Of a stretch of DNA of 64,000 nt, positions 59,504 through 64,000 are shown in pieces. Both the position numbers and the translations under genes were made by a program. Under the pieces are notes generated by a model. That model saw only the letters and a list, made by a program, of their open reading frames with translations. It was not told the origin of the DNA and did not search any database. The stretch's first letter is position 1. Every line of letters begins with the position of its first letter. The stretch is from Promethearchaeota archaeon (GTDB lineage Archaea; Asgardarchaeota; Lokiarchaeia; Sigyniarchaeales; SOKP01), in NCBI GenBank assembly GCA_011364925.1, contig RDOA01000009.1, positions 1 to 64,000 of the forward strand. The letters run 5' to 3'.

Positions 59504-61261
59504 ATGAAATTTAAAAATTTAGCAGTGCTTTTTTCAGACCTAGAATCTACATCAAAGAGACTCGAAATGATAGATTTCTTGTCTAAATTCTTTGAAGAAG
59601 TAAAATCAAGTAATGAATTTCAGGATTTAGATAAAATTATATACTTACTGCAAGGTGAGTTAGTTTCAAACATTAAACAATTCCCTAAAATTGGGATTGC
59701 TGAGAAGATGATTATTGAAGCTTTGTCTCTCCACTCTGGTATAGATAAAAAGAAAATAAAAGAAATTCTGATAAAGAAGGGGGATATCGGAGCTACTGCA
59801 GAATTAATATTAGCCAAAAAGAAAAAGCAAAAATCTCTATTCGATTTCGAAGAGAAACCAGAGGAATCTCTCCCTTCTCTAGAAATTTCAGAATTGTATT
59901 CAGCTTTACAAAAAATCGCTTTGAGTGAAGGAGTAGGATCACAAGATATAAAATTAGGGATACTAAGGGGTTTAATGAGAAAGTGCTCGCCATTAGAAAA
60001 TAAGTATTTACTCCGAATAATTACCTCAACATTAAGAGTCGGAGTGTCAACTTTGACGATAATTGATGGTTTAGCTATAGGATTTACTGGTGTTAAAGAG
60101 AACAGGAACTTTATCGAAATGGCATATAATTTGCATCCTGATTTAGGGGATATTACAAAAATTCTAGCAAAAAAAGGGATTGGTGAAGTTCAAAAAATTG
60201 GAATAACTTATGGAATACCTATCAGAATGATGTTGGCTTCAAGAGTTCCTTATGGAGAAATAATCGAGAAACTTGGAAGTCCTTTTATTGCAGAGTATAA
60301 ATTAGATGGAGAAAGACTTCAAATTCACAAACAAGGCCAAGATATAAAATTATTTTCTCGAAGATTGCTTGAAATATCTGAACAATACCCTGATGTATGT
60401 CAGACGATAAATGAAAATATCCAAGTCGATAATGTCATTATCGAGGGAGAAGTTGTTGCCATGGATTCCGTTTACGAAAAAATGCTACCATTTCAAGTAC
60501 TCAGTAAAAGACGGCGAAAATATGATGTAGAAGGTGTCATGAAGGAAGTCCCCGTTTGCCTTTTCCTATTTGATTTGTTAAAGTATAAAGACGAATCTTT
60601 TATTGATAAACCATTCCTTGTACGAAGGAAAAAATTGGAGGAAATTGTATTAGAAAGAGATGAATTACGTATAGTTAAATCAGTCTTAATCAATAATACT
60701 GATGAACTCTTAGAGTTTTTTAACATTGCTAGAAATGAAGGAAATGAGGGTGTTATGGCTAAATCTATCAAAGATAATTCTGTTTATCAAGCAGGAAATA
60801 GAGGTTTTCTGTGGATAAAATTAAAAGGATTAGAGGGAGGAAAGCTAAAAGATACGGTTGATGTTGTATTAATTGGAGCTTTTTACGGAAAAGGTCGTAG
60901 AACTGGTGTGTATGGAACTTACATCGGAGCGGTATATGACCCCATAAATGGAATCTTTATTGCTTTTACTAGATTTTTTTCAGGATTGACAGATGAACTT
61001 TCAGAGTCCCTAACCAAACAAATGGAGACATATAAAACAGAAAAAAAACCTAAAAATGTTATTTGTGAAGATATTCCAGATGTTTGGCTGGAACCAGAAA
61101 TCGTGGTGGAAATTTTTGGAGATGAGATAACAGTTAGTGAGAAATTTCCCGCTTTAGGTTATTCTATGAGATTCCCTGTCTTCCAAAGAGTTCGTCCTGA
61201 AAAAGGTCCCGTAGATATAACAACAGTCGATGAAATTAAAAGCCTGTATGAATCTCAATAA
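59504..61261 (+). CDS. lig: ATP-dependent DNA ligase
   Basis: EYKLDGER, IEGEVV, FDLL, EGVMAK, WIKLK, MRFPVF..VRPEK. Confidence 0.97.
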   Translation: MKFKNLAVLFSDLESTSKRLEMIDFLSKFFEEVKSSNEFQDLDKIIYLLQGELVSNIKQFPKIGIAEKMIIEALSLHSGIDKKKIKEILIKKGDIGATAELILAKKKKQKSLFDFEEKPEESLPSLEISELYSALQKIALSEGVGSQDIKLGILRGLMRKCSPLENKYLLRIITSTLRVGVSTLTIIDGLAIGFTGVKENRNFIEMAYNLHPDLGDITKILAKKGIGEVQKIGITYGIPIRMMLASRVPYGEIIEKLGSPFIAEYKLDGERLQIHKQGQDIKLFSRRLLEISEQYPDVCQTINENIQVDNVIIEGEVVAMDSVYEKMLPFQVLSKRRRKYDVEGVMKEVPVCLFLFDLLKYKDESFIDKPFLVRRKKLEEIVLERDELRIVKSVLINNTDELLEFFNIARNEGNEGVMAKSIKDNSVYQAGNRGFLWIKLKGLEGGKLKDTVDVVLIGAFYGKGRRTGVYGTYIGAVYDPINGIFIAFTRFFSGLTDELSESLTKQMETYKTEKKPKNVICEDIPDVWLEPEIVVEIFGDEITVSEKFPALGYSMRFPVFQRVRPEKGPVDITTVDEIKSLYESQ

Positions 61262-61285
61262 TAACTAGTCAAATTAATTTGAGTG

Positions 61286-62278
61286 TTAAATTAGTTCATT
61301 ATATGTCTCATAAATAGCTTTAGCAGTTTCTTTTATGTCTAACTTATTCGCGGTATTGAAACCGTTTAGGGCAATCCTTTTTCTCTCTTCAGGATTGTTT
61401 ATCAAATAATAGATTTTTTCAACAAATTCTTTGTTATTTCTCGCTTTGAGACAGTTTTCACCATTAAAAAACCTACCCATATAAGTCGGTAAATCACGAA
61501 TTACAACGGGTAAACCACAACTCATTGCTTCTAAGATTGCGATACCTTCTCCCTCATAATATGACGGAAAACAGAAGATATCACCTCCAGAGTAAGCTGC
61601 AGTTATATCCTTAACATAACCAGGCATAAATAAGTTACTCGTGTTAACCATAAAATCTGGTTGAATCAACGGAAATGCACGTTTCCCCACCCATAAGAAT
61701 GAATGTTCGGTAATTTCTCTTGAGAATTCGATAAAGTCATAAAAACCCTTTCTTTCTATGGGCATTCCCACGCACATTACGGTTGTATTATTGAGGTTAT
61801 ACTCTCTTCTAAATTGTTTTCTTTTCTCAAGAGAGGCCTTAAATCGTTCTGTGTCAACTCCATTTGAAATAATCTTTATTGGCTTATCGACTCTGAGCTC
61901 TCTCCTCACAATATTTCGAGAGTGTTGAGTTGGGCAGATTACGACATCACCAAATTTATAATATCTAGTAATATACAACTTAAAAAGCGCAGAGATTTGT
62001 TTTGAAAATAAAAATGCATTATCAGTATCATAGTGAGTTTGGTGAGCAGATATTATGATTGGTTTCTTCAATTTGATTGCTTTTTTCATTAGATGAAATG
62101 TTATAGGAAAACAGCCATGAGAGTGAACTAGATCATAATCTTTTCCGTAATAATTAAACATAACCTTCGCATATTTCTTAATTTCGTCTGCTTGGGTCAT
62201 AGTAGCAACTAAAGCTCCATTAATGCCAACAAATTTCCGAAAAAGATGGAATTCAGATAAGAAATTTACCTTTAGCAT
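61286..62278 (-). CDS. Glycosyltransferase family 4
   Basis: ISNGVD, RKG, FPSYYEGEGIAILEAMSCGLPVV. Confidence 0.92.
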   Translation of the reverse strand: MLKVNFLSEFHLFRKFVGINGALVATMTQADEIKKYAKVMFNYYGKDYDLVHSHGCFPITFHLMKKAIKLKKPIIISAHQTHYDTDNAFLFSKQISALFKLYITRYYKFGDVVICPTQHSRNIVRRELRVDKPIKIISNGVDTERFKASLEKRKQFRREYNLNNTTVMCVGMPIERKGFYDFIEFSREITEHSFLWVGKRAFPLIQPDFMVNTSNLFMPGYVKDITAAYSGGDIFCFPSYYEGEGIAILEAMSCGLPVVIRDLPTYMGRFFNGENCLKARNNKEFVEKIYYLINNPEERKRIALNGFNTANKLDIKETAKAIYETYNELI

Positions 62279-62371
62279 TTTAATAATAAAATTGTTAAAC
62301 TCATTTGTGTATAATAAACCGTATTTTTTAAACTCATTAGACCACGCTTAATAAATATATGAGATACATAT

Positions 62372-63760
62372 TCATAAAAATACATTAATTCCTAATGTTT
62401 CCAACTTCTTTATATTTTCGGTGTTTATGTCAAGATCATTGTCACCAAGATATAACTCTTCTAAGCTTTCAAGATTGTATATAGATCGTGGAAGTAACTT
62501 CAATTTATTCCTTGCTAAATTTAATATTTTTAACTTTTTTAAATTTCCAATTGTTTCTGGTATAGATTCTAAATTGTTGTCTCCTAAATTTAAAATTTCT
62601 AAAGAAGATAAGGAATCGATTAAAGAAGGAACTTGGACTAATTCGTTTCTCTCAAGATCTAAGGATTTAAGCGAGCGCAAAAGAGTAATTGATAGTGGAA
62701 GATTCGTTAGCAAGTTCCAACTCAAATTTAAAATCTCTAATGATTTAAGAGAAGAAATAGAATTAGGAATATCAACTAGTTTATTATCATGAAGATTTAA
62801 TTCTTTAAGATTTTTTAAATTCCCTATATTATAAGGTAACATTTTTAGTTGGTTCAATCTTAAGTTCAGATGTTCTAGAGCCTCTAATGAACAAATGGAA
62901 TCTGGTAGATTTTGGAGCTCATTCTTCCAAAGTAATAATTCTTTTAAATGCAAAAGAGAACCTATAGATGTTGGAAGTTTATTTATATAGTTTACATTTA
63001 GGTTAAGTGATTCCAAGGAAGTTAAAGAACAGATCCATTCAGGAATTTCGGTAATTTGATTATATCTTAAAGCCAATTTCTTAAGATTTGTAAGATGTTT
63101 TAAAACATTGGGTAGTTTTGTTAAGCCTTTAAAAATAAAATCTAACTCTATAATTTTGCATTTATTTACGGTGTATTTCAATCTCCAGTAAGATTTTTTT
63201 AAAAATACTAAAGAAAAGTAATTTCTTAAGATATCTGCTAACTCATCTATAGTAAAATCTCTGCCTAATGAAGTAGATTTTAAGTTTTCAAGATCTATCC
63301 GAAAATCTTTATCGATAATCGCTTTTATTTCGTGAATTAAAATTAATTTAGCTGTTGGTTCATTATTTTTCAATAGATTATTGATTATCTTAATTAAGGA
63401 ATGATAAATTGTTTCTAAACAAAGGGGAGATTCTTCATGATGTAAAGCCCACCTTATTGGTTCTAAGGCCTTTTGTTTGTATTCATGACATAAAATAAGA
63501 GCAGCTTCATTTCTTATTAACTCGTCTGTATCCGATATAAGTAAATTTTCAAAGAAGTTCATCATAGTCTCACTATTGTCTTCAAGACTGCCAAATTCAA
63601 TACTAATTTCTCGTAATACTTGAAGGCTTTCTAATCTATGTTTGACATTTGTACTGTTTTCAATTAATGCTATTAAGTGCTGAGTAGCTGATTGCTTGTC
63701 TAAGATGTTCTTTTTTAATTTATCAAGAATTATTGATGGTGTACGGCTCTTAATGCTCAT
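62372..63760 (-). CDS. HEAT-like plus leucine-rich repeat protein
   Basis: LLISDTDELIRNEAA; about 10 tandem 23-aa LxxLxLxxNxLxxLPxxI repeats. Confidence 0.92.
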   Translation of the reverse strand: MSIKSRTPSIILDKLKKNILDKQSATQHLIALIENSTNVKHRLESLQVLREISIEFGSLEDNSETMMNFFENLLISDTDELIRNEAALILCHEYKQKALEPIRWALHHEESPLCLETIYHSLIKIINNLLKNNEPTAKLILIHEIKAIIDKDFRIDLENLKSTSLGRDFTIDELADILRNYFSLVFLKKSYWRLKYTVNKCKIIELDFIFKGLTKLPNVLKHLTNLKKLALRYNQITEIPEWICSLTSLESLNLNVNYINKLPTSIGSLLHLKELLLWKNELQNLPDSICSLEALEHLNLRLNQLKMLPYNIGNLKNLKELNLHDNKLVDIPNSISSLKSLEILNLSWNLLTNLPLSITLLRSLKSLDLERNELVQVPSLIDSLSSLEILNLGDNNLESIPETIGNLKKLKILNLARNKLKLLPRSIYNLESLEELYLGDNDLDINTENIKKLETLGINVFL

Positions 63761-63767
63761 CCCTCAA

Positions 63768-64000
63768 TTATTTAAAGATATTTAAACCTTTCTTTTCTAA
63801 CTCGCTTAAGAAGTTTGGTATTTCTTCAATATCAGTGAAGTTTAAATCTAAGATTCTTAAAGATGTAAGATTTTCTAAGGTTTTTGGGAGACACTTTACT
63901 CTATTCCCCCATAAACATAACTCTTCTAGAGATTTTAGCGATCCAATCCAACTAGGTAAACTTTCAAAACGATTCCAGCTCAGATTTAATACTTTTAAAT
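63768..64000 (-). CDS. Leucine-rich repeat protein (C-terminal part; starts beyond the window)
   Basis: Manual translation LKVLNLSWNRFESLPSWIGSLKSLEELCLWGNRVKCLP...LEKKGLNIFK*. Confidence 0.88.
   Translation of the reverse strand, partial: LKVLNLSWNRFESLPSWIGSLKSLEELCLWGNRVKCLPKTLENLTSLRILDLNFTDIEEIPNFLSELEKKGLNIFK

Overview
AT-rich archaeal chromosome segment, almost certainly Asgard archaea (Lokiarchaeia-like). It has archaeal ribosomal proteins, an intron-containing tRNA-Ser and an ATP-dependent DNA ligase. It also has many eukaryotic-signature-like genes: Rab-like and Rag-like GTPases, a gelsolin-domain protein, longin/roadblock-like proteins, a steadiness-box-like protein, LRR proteins, a tailed histone and a Bud23-like methyltransferase. 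No mobile element or CRISPR array is visible. Three signals are missed by the ORF track. (1) A selenoprotein operon, hdrA (3 in-frame UGA) - mvhD/vhuD (2 in-frame UGA) - frhB-like, with a single eukaryote-type SECIS hairpin 3' of mvhD. (2) At least three conserved genes (rps4, a Rab-like GTPase, a HIT hydrolase) that can only start at non-canonical codons (AUC/AUA/AUU) behind a strong Shine-Dalgarno. (3) Two paralogous longin plus winged-helix (NPRL2/3-like) genes bracketing a 1435-aa membrane-anchored surface protein, about 2 kb from a Rag-like GTPase. All family assignments come from motif recognition by eye; no searches were run.
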